Of a stretch of DNA of 29,637 bases, positions 16,801 through 25,827 are shown in pieces. Every line of letters begins with the position of its first letter. Position 1 is the first letter of the stretch. Where the stretch lies: positions 1-29,637 of the IMG/VR virus record IMGVR_UViG_3300004241_000041. One strand, written 5' to 3'. A program made the translations under genes and the position numbers. Below the pieces are notes generated by a model. That model was not told the origin of the DNA. It did not search any database and worked only from the letters and a program-made list of their open reading frames with translations. The DNA comes from a virus (taxonomy: Duplodnaviria; Caudoviricetes).

Positions 16801-16928
16801 AGATGGAAGAATACCCAAATAAAGAAACTACCTAGTAATAGAGATATTGGCTTGATGAACAATAGCAAAGCCGATGCTAGTGTGAATGTGATTATCAACT
16901 TTAACAATGTATGTTCTTTTTTAATCAT
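16797..16928 (-). CDS. Small hydrophobic membrane protein (43 aa)
   Basis: Not in the ORF track. MIKKEHTLLKLIITFTLASALLLFIKPISLLLGSFFIWVFFHL is ATGA-coupled to the MuF-like gene. Confidence 0.55.
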   Translation of the reverse strand: MIKKEHTLLKLIITFTLASALLLFIKPISLLLGSFFIWVFFHL

Positions 16929-16939
16929 TCTGTTAACGG

Positions 16940-17467
16940 TTATATTAATCTAATACAACTCCACTGCATAGTTAGTGTAACACCAGAGGTTTGAGTTATT
17001 GTCACATTCAAATTAGACATCCCAATTGTTACTGCTGAACCATTCTGCAGAATAGTTACATTGCTTCTAGTAGTCCCATCGGCAGATATCAAAGCCGTCT
17101 CACAGTATGGGTTACTTGCTTCATTCGCTGCGTAATATGTTGTAAAGATATATACTCCAGGGGCAGCAAGTGCAAATACAGGCGTTGCCGAAGCAGTATT
17201 ACAGTTGGTTGCATCCCTAGTCCAAGAAAGACCAGTTGAAGATACGGCGTCCCCGTCCCCATTCCAGTATAAAATGTTTGTGGATGTTCCAGCCGTCCCT
17301 GTTACCAATTTTGCATCAGCACCAGTTCTACTATCACTCTTAATAGAAGAATACGCCAAGTCTTGTACCGTGTTTAAATCCCCGTCTATTGTCTTGTTGG
17401 TTAGGGTTTCAGTGCCAGTCTTGGTAACATAGTTGTATAAACTCTTGAATATATTGTTTACTCCCAT
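16940..17467 (-). CDS. Short fibre-like virion protein
   Basis: T.TETLTNKTI motif common in phage fibre shafts; Thr-rich beta C-terminal domain. Confidence 0.55.
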   Translation of the reverse strand: MGVNNIFKSLYNYVTKTGTETLTNKTIDGDLNTVQDLAYSSIKSDSRTGADAKLVTGTAGTSTNILYWNGDGDAVSSTGLSWTRDATNCNTASATPVFALAAPGVYIFTTYYAANEASNPYCETALISADGTTRSNVTILQNGSAVTIGMSNLNVTITQTSGVTLTMQWSCIRLI

Positions 17468-17485
17468 AATTGTTTATTGTTAATC

Positions 17486-20400
17486 TTATGTGTAATATGT
17501 GAACCTCACACCCTCACCATTAACTAAAGAATCTATATATACGTCTGCTAGGTTATCAATCTCCAATGAATATGTATCTCCTGGATTTAATACAATCCCT
17601 GTTCCAGTCGCTATTGTTGCGTCAACTCCGCTACCACCAACTGCTATCAGCGATGTGTTATCTGTTTGAGCTTGAATATCAACCTTTTTACATACTGTAG
17701 AGGCTGCTAAAGCTACATCTGTTCCCGCTGTTGTTACTGTTTTAACTCCATGCCCTATCCCTGTTATGTCGTGTCCAACCTTACCAATGATATTTGTACC
17801 TGCTGCTATAGAGGCTACATCTACATCACCAATATTGTTGTTTCCTGCTGCAATACTTAAAATATCTACATCCCCAATATCAACTCCACTATTAGCTGTA
17901 AGTTTACCTATACCTGCCGTTCCTGCTGCTAGTTTAATCTGTCCTGTAGAATCAGAAGCTATCGTAACTCTTTGAACGCCTGTTCCTGCCGCACCATTGC
18001 CCATTGTAACTGTTGCCCCATTCATTTGAGCAACGTTAACTGATTGGTTTGCTGTTAGTTTCCCTATATCGACTCCAGAGTTTGCTCCTAAAAGTACAGT
18101 TCCATCAACAGTTATAGAGTTTCCTGAATCGTTTATCCCTACCTCGTCCCAAGTTCCTGATTGTGTTACTGCTATTGATTGTGCTGCTGCTACATTAACT
18201 GTTCCTATTACCTTTGTTGTTTCCGCTGCTAGTGTAGCTTGTGTTGCAAAAGTACCTGCATTAGTTACATTATGAGAAGGTATTGTGGCTACTGATATTG
18301 GTACAGCAGTCGCTCTCAATTGAGTATCAGTGAGAGGTTGGGATAATCCCGTGTTAGCGGTTACCGTTCCGTCTACTGTTATAGTATTACCACCGTCTTG
18401 TATATTAACTGCATTCGCACCTGTACTATTGTTAATTGTTACGTCCCCTATATCTGTTCCCGTAACCAATTTATTATTTATTGCCGTTAGTGTTGTTTCT
18501 ATCCCATCTACATAGCCTTCTATGCCGTCTATATGTCCTATTATCGTATCTTGTTTTGCAGAAGTAGCTAATCCAGTAGTATCTATAGAAGCATTAACAT
18601 CTAGCTTCCCGCCTGTTACTGTTACCGCCTCGCCTCCTGAATCTATAATCTGCGTCTTTTGTGTTCCATCTGTTTGGTTAGCTGCAATATCATCTAGTAC
18701 TGCATTATCCGTAGCACTCAAGTTTGCTGTTATAGTTCCTTGTACTGTAGTCATTGGCATTGTAAGCACATCAACTTGAACCTCTGTTCCTGCTACCGCT
18801 CCAGCTAAAGTATCAATCTTTGTAGATACATTGCTTGTATCAGCATCTATTGTTGTCAATAAACCCTCTATACCATCAACATAACCTTCAATACCGTCTA
18901 CATATCCTGCTATAGTATCCTGTTTAGCTGAAGTTGCAAATCCCGTTATAGCTGCTGGAGGTGTCAAGGTTGTTATAGTTGCTGCGGGTAATATAACTGG
19001 TACTGAAGCTCCCGCTAACGCTTGTCCAAGAGCTGGTATTTTATCTGTGTTTGTTTTAATAGAAGCTAGATTCCCTCCTGATTCTACTGCTAGAGTAGAG
19101 GTATTCAAGTTCGTTCCTGCATTCGCTGTTACAGAACCATCTACTGTTATAGTATTACCACCGTCCTGTATGTTTACCGCTGCTGCACCCGCTGCGTTAT
19201 TGATTGTTACGTCTCCTATGTCTACACCACTATTTGCTTGGTTTGTGGATTGAACTGCAAACGTGCCTCCATTATCAACTGTTAAAGCTCCACCGTTGTC
19301 ATCGACACTCAACACTCCCGTTGTATCTGAAGATACTGTTACCCGTAATGTACCAGCAGAAGTTGTCCCATTCCCCGTGTCAGTAGGAGTTCCACCCACT
19401 TTTAATATATTCATATTTGCAGTATTAACGTTCGTGGTAATAGCAGTTGATGTATCTGTAGAAGTTATACGCCCTCCCACCATGTGGACATGATCTATAA
19501 TAATCCCTGACAATGTATTTGCTTCAGAGTTAAACTCAACACCAAAAGCAACATAAGAGATAGCCGCTGTATTCCATCCGTTCCCTGCGTTTCGTGCATA
19601 GTCAGGAGTGGCGGCAGGTGTTCGTAGGTTCATCCATGTGCTTGCGGTTAGGTTGGCAACTGGCCAAGTCCAACAGTTATAGTTTGTTGTATCTGTACCT
19701 ATTCTCAAAAATACATTTATCACATTCGTCAATGATGGTAGATATGCACCAATCCCTACAAATCCTCCAGCCTCAAAGATTTCAGAAACATCAAAAGCTG
19801 TCATTGTCTTGTAAACTCCACCATAGACGGTATTATCAGCACCATTCACTTTATTAAAGGTTACAGCCCCTGCTCCAAAGACGTGGTTTGTAGAGTTAGC
19901 AATTCCTGTAGTGTCGTTTGAAATAGCCGTGTAATCCGTGTATACGTTACAGTTTGCCAAGTCAATCGCCCTCTGGTCTTTAGTTCTCAACTCATGAAAA
20001 TCAGTCATGGAGAAGGTATCATAAGCTCCTTCATCTTCATCCGTATGTGAGTCAGCAGCTCTTAATTTGCCAAGTATTGCAACTCCCGTATCAGTAGCAC
20101 CAACTTGACTACCCTTGGCTTTCCCTAGATTAGTAGCACCTGTACCAGGTATAATAGATGTTGTTATATCACTTATTTTCCCTATGGAGTTTGTTCCTGT
20201 AGGTAGAGCGTCGGTAATCTTTTTAATACCATCCGTATCTTTAATAGAATCAAGAGTTGTTTCAGTAGCGAACCCTGTTATTACAGGCGTATTAGCTATA
20301 TTACTCACTGTTACTTGATGGTTATCAGCTAACTGTTTAGCAGAGGTTGCAAACCCTGTGATTGCAGCTGGTGGTGTTAGCGTAGTTATTTGTGCAGCGG

Positions 20401-21250
20401 GTAATGGATATTCTGTTGGGAAATTATTAACTTCTACTTCATGCCCATCGGGTAATTGTTTTGCACTCGTAGCCAAACCCGATAAATCTAATCCTGTGTT
20501 TGCTGTTACCGTACCCGATATTGGTACTGCTGTGGCTCTCAATTCTGCATCAGTAAGAGCATCAGTCTGTTGATTAGCAGCCAGAGCAAGTCCTGTTGTG
20601 TCTATACTCGCATTTACATCTAATTTGTTTCCTGTAACTGTAACAACATCTCCCGTTGCATTAACTATCTGTGTTACCTGTGTATTATCAGTCATTGCAG
20701 TGCCTAACGCCTGTACTGAATCAGTAGTAGCTAAAGCACCAATCCCACCCGCTATAGTGTTTACATTTCCATCTATACTGGACAATGTCGTTTCTGTAGC
20801 CAAGCCTGTGAGTCCTGTATCTACGTCTATTGATACGTTGTCTATAGTTACATTGTGTCCATCTGGTAACTGATTCCCTTCTATTGTTCCAAGTAATGTT
20901 TCAATGTCATCTGTATTAGCCTTTATTGCTGCTAAATTACCACCTGTCTCTACTGCCAAAGCTGAAGTATTAAGATTAGTCCCCGCATTGGCTGTTACAG
21001 TTGCTGTATCAACCCCATCGTCATAAAGAATCATTAATTCATCAGTATCACTCATTGAAGATGTATCGTATGTAAGCGTTAATACATTTGTTAATACTGT
21101 ACCACCCAAGTTATTGTCATTGAATTGATATATAACTACATTATCAACAACGTTTGTTATTAAAGAGAATCCCTCAATCTCTGGTGAAAACCCAAAGGTG
21201 ATTGTACCTGCACTTGCATCAAATGTATATGTTGTTATTCTCTTTTTCAT
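17486..21250 (-). CDS. Large modular repeat fibre/adhesin-like virion protein (1254 aa)
   Basis: Thr/Ala/Gly/Asp-rich with many internally repeated modules (ATSAKQ, G.DIGDV, TVTAN.G), a central aromatic-rich globular domain, and distinct N- and C-terminal domains. Confidence 0.7.
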   Translation of the reverse strand: MKKRITTYTFDASAGTITFGFSPEIEGFSLITNVVDNVVIYQFNDNNLGGTVLTNVLTLTYDTSSMSDTDELMILYDDGVDTATVTANAGTNLNTSALAVETGGNLAAIKANTDDIETLLGTIEGNQLPDGHNVTIDNVSIDVDTGLTGLATETTLSSIDGNVNTIAGGIGALATTDSVQALGTAMTDNTQVTQIVNATGDVVTVTGNKLDVNASIDTTGLALAANQQTDALTDAELRATAVPISGTVTANTGLDLSGLATSAKQLPDGHEVEVNNFPTEYPLPAAQITTLTPPAAITGFATSAKQLADNHQVTVSNIANTPVITGFATETTLDSIKDTDGIKKITDALPTGTNSIGKISDITTSIIPGTGATNLGKAKGSQVGATDTGVAILGKLRAADSHTDEDEGAYDTFSMTDFHELRTKDQRAIDLANCNVYTDYTAISNDTTGIANSTNHVFGAGAVTFNKVNGADNTVYGGVYKTMTAFDVSEIFEAGGFVGIGAYLPSLTNVINVFLRIGTDTTNYNCWTWPVANLTASTWMNLRTPAATPDYARNAGNGWNTAAISYVAFGVEFNSEANTLSGIIIDHVHMVGGRITSTDTSTAITTNVNTANMNILKVGGTPTDTGNGTTSAGTLRVTVSSDTTGVLSVDDNGGALTVDNGGTFAVQSTNQANSGVDIGDVTINNAAGAAAVNIQDGGNTITVDGSVTANAGTNLNTSTLAVESGGNLASIKTNTDKIPALGQALAGASVPVILPAATITTLTPPAAITGFATSAKQDTIAGYVDGIEGYVDGIEGLLTTIDADTSNVSTKIDTLAGAVAGTEVQVDVLTMPMTTVQGTITANLSATDNAVLDDIAANQTDGTQKTQIIDSGGEAVTVTGGKLDVNASIDTTGLATSAKQDTIIGHIDGIEGYVDGIETTLTAINNKLVTGTDIGDVTINNSTGANAVNIQDGGNTITVDGTVTANTGLSQPLTDTQLRATAVPISVATIPSHNVTNAGTFATQATLAAETTKVIGTVNVAAAQSIAVTQSGTWDEVGINDSGNSITVDGTVLLGANSGVDIGKLTANQSVNVAQMNGATVTMGNGAAGTGVQRVTIASDSTGQIKLAAGTAGIGKLTANSGVDIGDVDILSIAAGNNNIGDVDVASIAAGTNIIGKVGHDITGIGHGVKTVTTAGTDVALAASTVCKKVDIQAQTDNTSLIAVGGSGVDATIATGTGIVLNPGDTYSLEIDNLADVYIDSLVNGEGVRFTYYT

Positions 21251-21266
21251 TGTTGTATTTAATAAT

Positions 21267-22175
21267 TTATAAGGCTACGGACATTGCTATAGCAAAACTC
21301 TTAGTAGCATAGTTTACCTTCTCGCTCTCCCATACTGGATCAGTTTCAGCTGTTATAAATCCTGCTCCATTAGTCAATTGATTAGTATCTGTTGGTATTG
21401 TTCCTATAAAAGATACAACTGGATTAACTGGATCAGTATTATCAATTGCTATGTCATTTCCTGATACTACGCTCTGTACTCCTGTAGCACCTGTTTGAAC
21501 ATCAGCACTTAATACTCCATTAGCGTCTATTGTTATTCTATCACCAATTTTAATACCACCAAGAACTGTAGGACTTGCCGTAGGTAATGTATAAGAACTC
21601 CCACCGCCCTGTCCACCACCCATTGTTTGCGTAACACTTAATGATACGTATTTATCTATATTCTGTATATGTTTAGCATCAAGTCTTTCTCTACCCCTAA
21701 GTGTAGAAAGTTTATTTCTTATCTCGTGAGGAGTATCAGGAGAGCCATCTTTACCATCATCATAATCCTTCCCCTTCTTAGGTGTAACCTCTTTTTTGAA
21801 TTGTTTTACTTCTTCTGGTGTGAAGTAATCCTCTCCTTTCTTTGGAGTCTTTCCATTCTTACCGTCAAAATAATCTTTTCCCTTTACAGGAGTATAACCA
21901 TCATTACCATCAAAATAATCTACATCCTTTACAGGAGTGTATCCATCTTCCCCTGGCTTCCCTTCTATAGTCTTAATTGGAAGCTCCTTAATGACTTCTA
22001 ACGCATGATTGGTTTCTTTTAGGCTATCTATAACTTTGTTAGACAGTTCAATGGCTGTAGTAGCTTTAACATCAACAGATTCAATCTTGGAGTTTATCTC
22101 TTCTTTAAGAACTAATTCCTTTTTAATATTAGCTCTCTTTCTTGCTTTTAGTATAGCTATTTCTGTTTCTCGCAT
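21267..22175 (-). CDS. Collagen-like / head-fibre-like repeat protein
   Basis: 15-aa repeats DGYTPVKxxDYFDGx, a YTLPTAS..VLGGIKIG fibre repeat, and C-terminal FAIAMSVAL. Confidence 0.6.
   Translation of the reverse strand: MRETEIAILKARKRANIKKELVLKEEINSKIESVDVKATTAIELSNKVIDSLKETNHALEVIKELPIKTIEGKPGEDGYTPVKDVDYFDGNDGYTPVKGKDYFDGKNGKTPKKGEDYFTPEEVKQFKKEVTPKKGKDYDDGKDGSPDTPHEIRNKLSTLRGRERLDAKHIQNIDKYVSLSVTQTMGGGQGGGSSYTLPTASPTVLGGIKIGDRITIDANGVLSADVQTGATGVQSVVSGNDIAIDNTDPVNPVVSFIGTIPTDTNQLTNGAGFITAETDPVWESEKVNYATKSFAIAMSVAL
21820..21950 (-). repeat. 45-bp imperfect tandem repeat (3 copies) encoding DGYTPVKxxDYFDG
   Basis: DGYTPVKDVDYFDGN / DGYTPVKGKDYFDGK / NGKTPKKGEDYFTPE; coordinates approximate. 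Confidence 0.7.
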
Positions 22176-22184
22176 TCTTGTTTA

Positions 22185-23744
22185 TTACGAATTTAATGCG
22201 TTCATCAACAAAGCATTATCTATTTCTACTTCCTTTAGTTTCTTGTCTGTTTCCTCTTTCTGCTTTCTAACAGTGTCTAGTTCTGCTTGTTTCTCTTCTT
22301 TAATTGCATTAGCAGTCTTTTGTCTCTCAATCTCTACTTTAAGTGTTGGGTCAGCTTCCCCTAAGGCTTCCATGATTTCATCATACTTGTCTGCATCTCC
22401 AGCAATATCTAGGAATCCTTGTACTATGTAAGACAATGGGAATCCAGCGTTCTTCTCTTGTACTAACATATCTGCTTTCTCTTTCTTACTCATGCTTAAC
22501 ATACCAGCCCATTGAATACTTACATCATCTTTGATACTTGGGTCGCCTGTGTACATTACAACATACTTTTTAATTCCATTCTCAATGTTAGTTCTCTTTT
22601 CATCAATCTTTCTCTTCATAGACTCCATGAACATACTCAGAGTATCAGTAGCTATGTTTCCTAGTCCCTCTGTAACATAGATGCTCTTTGGTATTCCTGT
22701 AATACGATATAGTTGATCAAACAATGAATTGACATAACTGTCTATTCCATTTGGTAATCCAGCTCCAGGTACAACTTCAATAGGAGCAGATATAATCTTT
22801 CCTGCTACTAATGATAATTGAGACAACTGTTTCTTTAAGTCTTCTCCATCAATCTCTTTACTCATTACCTTTTCAAATATCTCTTTAATGACTTTAACCA
22901 TAGGGAATGCCACTTTAGATATGATTATTCCCGTTTCAGTCATTGTTTTATTGATAGCATCCTGTATGGGGATAATCTTGGCTATGTCGGACACTTCAAG
23001 ATTGTTTTCATCAAACTTTACAAATTCACTGTCCTTGTTAGCTACAAATATAAATGGATTAAACTCGTAAGGGGCTTCTCCCTCTTCTACTACTGTTTCA
23101 TTTACATACTTGTATAACATCATCTTATTATCAACAGGCATCCATATTTCCATATAAACAGCCTTCTGTAGTTTGCCTAACTGTACATTATTCTTTTCAA
23201 TGATTGGATCGGTGGAGGATATCTCGTATATTCTTACTGTACCCACTATGTTATCCTCAAGATATATTGGTGTTACTTGCGTAGAATCAACAAACTCTAA
23301 TGATTGGTCTTGGGTATACTTCCAGCAAACAACTGAATCAACTGACATTCTTGTAATAGAACGCTGTATTAGTGTATCAAGGTTTATCTTCTCATTAATC
23401 TTGTCCGCTATCTCTTGGTTATCTTCTATTGAGATACTGTTTTGGTCATCAATTGAACCTCTACCGTAACTGGAGTATATATCTATTGTTGAACTACATA
23501 CATTGAAAGTTGCTAAATCTCCATCACTAATGCCTAAGTCTCTTGGATCAGGGCTATTAATCTTCCATACTTTTCTCCCACTTCTTGTAGTATCAGTGAA
23601 AGCACCATTAGAAATCCATTGGTTTCCATTGTAATAATCACGATATGTTTCTATGAGAACTTCTTTTCTTCCGTTTAGAGCATTCTTGCGAATATCTTCT
23701 ATTTTCCCCTCGCTTAATAAACCTTTAACATCATAATATCTCAT
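22185..23744 (-). CDS. Portal protein (SPP1-like)
   Basis: 519 aa directly after the terminase; YRDYYNG, SDI..IIP.QDAINK and LYRITGIP patterns. Confidence 0.8.
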   Translation of the reverse strand: MRYYDVKGLLSEGKIEDIRKNALNGRKEVLIETYRDYYNGNQWISNGAFTDTTRSGRKVWKINSPDPRDLGISDGDLATFNVCSSTIDIYSSYGRGSIDDQNSISIEDNQEIADKINEKINLDTLIQRSITRMSVDSVVCWKYTQDQSLEFVDSTQVTPIYLEDNIVGTVRIYEISSTDPIIEKNNVQLGKLQKAVYMEIWMPVDNKMMLYKYVNETVVEEGEAPYEFNPFIFVANKDSEFVKFDENNLEVSDIAKIIPIQDAINKTMTETGIIISKVAFPMVKVIKEIFEKVMSKEIDGEDLKKQLSQLSLVAGKIISAPIEVVPGAGLPNGIDSYVNSLFDQLYRITGIPKSIYVTEGLGNIATDTLSMFMESMKRKIDEKRTNIENGIKKYVVMYTGDPSIKDDVSIQWAGMLSMSKKEKADMLVQEKNAGFPLSYIVQGFLDIAGDADKYDEIMEALGEADPTLKVEIERQKTANAIKEEKQAELDTVRKQKEETDKKLKEVEIDNALLMNALNS

Positions 23745-23784
23745 GTGGTATGTTAATCAATTAAATCCCTTCGCTCTTTTATAT

Positions 23785-23793
23785 ATAATATCA
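23785..23793 (-). promoter_or_regulatory. Extended -10 promoter candidate (TGATATTAT) upstream of the portal
   Basis: TGnTAnnnT match in the intergenic gap. Confidence 0.35.
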
Positions 23794-23796
23794 CAT

Positions 23797-25113
23797 TTAG
23801 AACATTCCTATAGGTAACACCATCTTACCTTTTAGAGCATACCTAGCAATCACTAAAGCATCAGCAATGTCTGGTGAATATCCTATCCTCTTTTTAAGTT
23901 CTGCTTTACTTTCAATCTGTATGGTTTTATCCGTTACCTTATACCTAGTATTAAGCAACTCTTTAATCAAATCTTGGTCATCAATTAACTTATATACTCC
24001 ATTCTGCAAATCCTCTCTAAGTTTCCAATAACTCTCAGCCCTACAATTCTTAAAAAACAAATGCCCTGCCTTACCCTTTGGAGACTCCCCCGAATTGTAA
24101 GCAATGATTGCATACCCTGCACTCCTCATGGCATCTACAACGCCACCTCCTACCCCTATAACATCTGCTGCTGTCTTATCGTACCCGATAGACTTCTCTT
24201 TCAATCTTTCAATTGCTAACTGTGCCGTAGTCATTGTATCTTGGTTTCTAAACATCTCTTTCCCTATATATCCACTTGTATTGGTGTAAGCAAACACTGT
24301 TCTATCGTTTCCCTCTCTTGCCACGTCAATACCAAGTGCTTCTGGCTTCTCTTCTGTAGGATTCCATATGTTCTGTTTAATCCATTCGTATTTAATCAAT
24401 TGGTTTGGGTCATCAGCAAAATCCCAATTACCTAGCACATAACGATTGTATTCGGATTCAGGTAATAACTCTAATGTCTGTATATACTCAGATGGTAAGA
24501 AAGGGTTATCTCTAGTTAATGCCTGTTGGAAATAGAATGGTTCTTCTAATGTATTATTAACCCACGGGGTATAGAATCTTTCCTTAACCCAATTCTGTGC
24601 TGGATTACAAGTAAGTATCATAAATGAATGCTCCTTGTTGGGGTTACATCTCCACATTCTACCCATTAAGATATTGAAAGCACCCTCTTGTATTTCATTA
24701 GCTTCATCTATACCTATCCATGTAGCCTCTACACCCTTAATCTTATTCCAGTCCCCATCTTTGGTATCATCTAACTCTTGAAACCATAATTGACTTCCAT
24801 TGGGAAAGTTCCAACACATCTCACTTTTATTCTCTGTATACACTGTGCCGAATTCGGTTGCTACTTGTTTGAATGTCTGATATGTCGTTCTCTTTAATAC
24901 TGATAAGTTTTTTCTAAACACAAAGCACCTTGTACCAGCGTGAGAGTCTAATAACGATATGAAAGTTCTAGCCATGAGTTGACTTTTGCCACCACCCATT
25001 GATCCACCAAATAACATGAATTGATATTTCTTTGTTTGTATAGCCCGTATAAACTCTAGTTGTTTCCTAGTCCAATATACAACGGCGTTAGTCCCCTGTA
25101 GTTGTATCATCAC
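23797..25113 (-). CDS. terL: Terminase large subunit
   Basis: Walker A GGSMGGGKS, Walker B WIGIDEANE, coupling motif LTCNP, and nuclease motifs GIDVAREGND and SPDIADAL. Confidence 0.95.
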   Translation of the reverse strand: MMIQLQGTNAVVYWTRKQLEFIRAIQTKKYQFMLFGGSMGGGKSQLMARTFISLLDSHAGTRCFVFRKNLSVLKRTTYQTFKQVATEFGTVYTENKSEMCWNFPNGSQLWFQELDDTKDGDWNKIKGVEATWIGIDEANEIQEGAFNILMGRMWRCNPNKEHSFMILTCNPAQNWVKERFYTPWVNNTLEEPFYFQQALTRDNPFLPSEYIQTLELLPESEYNRYVLGNWDFADDPNQLIKYEWIKQNIWNPTEEKPEALGIDVAREGNDRTVFAYTNTSGYIGKEMFRNQDTMTTAQLAIERLKEKSIGYDKTAADVIGVGGGVVDAMRSAGYAIIAYNSGESPKGKAGHLFFKNCRAESYWKLREDLQNGVYKLIDDQDLIKELLNTRYKVTDKTIQIESKAELKKRIGYSPDIADALVIARYALKGKMVLPIGMF

Positions 25114-25396
25114 CTATAATATCAAATGAAACAGTTTGCAATGGCTTTCCCCCACTCGTTACATCTTTACTCTCTTTTGCCTTACCTAAGTCTCTATCTA
25201 ATAAACTGTTAGCAGAATACATGGCTGTTTTAGAATCACTCAAAGCATCTTTGTATACAGCATTAAGTAATTTCCTCTCCCTAGTATAATCCCCATCATC
25301 TTCGTTAAGAAATTCAAACAACTGCTCCATACCTATTTTCTTCAAGGCTTGAGTATTTTTACTTTCCTGTGCTTGTTCTGTAGTTGATTTACCCAT
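25088..25396 (-). CDS. terS: Terminase small subunit (probable)
   Basis: Overlaps the start of terL; LLDR.LGKA...DVTSGGKPL tail typical of small subunits. Confidence 0.65.
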   Translation of the reverse strand: MGKSTTEQAQESKNTQALKKIGMEQLFEFLNEDDGDYTRERKLLNAVYKDALSDSKTAMYSANSLLDRDLGKAKESKDVTSGGKPLQTVSFDIIGDDTTTGD

Positions 25397-25426
25397 GATT
25401 ATTAAAAATTCTTAACCTCTATCGGT

Positions 25427-25813
25427 TTATAAATTATCATCTAACTTACTCTTAAAGTGTTCTATAATCTTTTCATACTCGTTTTTATAGAACTCTGTAA
25501 ACTCTTCTTTAGTAGGCTGTTTCTTTAATATTTGCCTACAATAACAGTATAATACATTCCTCAATCTTTTGCTTGGAGACTTATAGGCTAGTGTATCATT
25601 CTCTGGTAAGTTCTTCAGTATTTCATCAATATCAATATTAACCTCATTACCTGTTGGGGTATCTGTAAGAACTAACAACCCTATATCTCCTATATGTTCA
25701 TCAATCTCTTTTATGTCTGAGCTACTCATTTCAAGTAGCGAGTCTATCTTAAATGTTACGCTTCTATCAACACGCCTGTTATAATTCTTGAGTTCCCCAT
25801 TGATTACCTTCAT
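25427..25813 (-). CDS. Hypothetical phage protein
   Basis: 128-aa ORF with a KSPSKRLRNVLY motif; function not recognised. Confidence 0.6.
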   Translation of the reverse strand: MKVINGELKNYNRRVDRSVTFKIDSLLEMSSSDIKEIDEHIGDIGLLVLTDTPTGNEVNIDIDEILKNLPENDTLAYKSPSKRLRNVLYCYCRQILKKQPTKEEFTEFYKNEYEKIIEHFKSKLDDNL

Positions 25814-25818
25814 ACTTG

Positions 25819-25827
25819 ATTATACCA
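25819..25827 (-). promoter_or_regulatory. Consensus extended -10 (TGGTATAAT), possible leaderless or near-leaderless late promoter
   Basis: Perfect TGnTATAAT 5 nt upstream of ATG 25813, heading the packaging genes. Confidence 0.55.
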
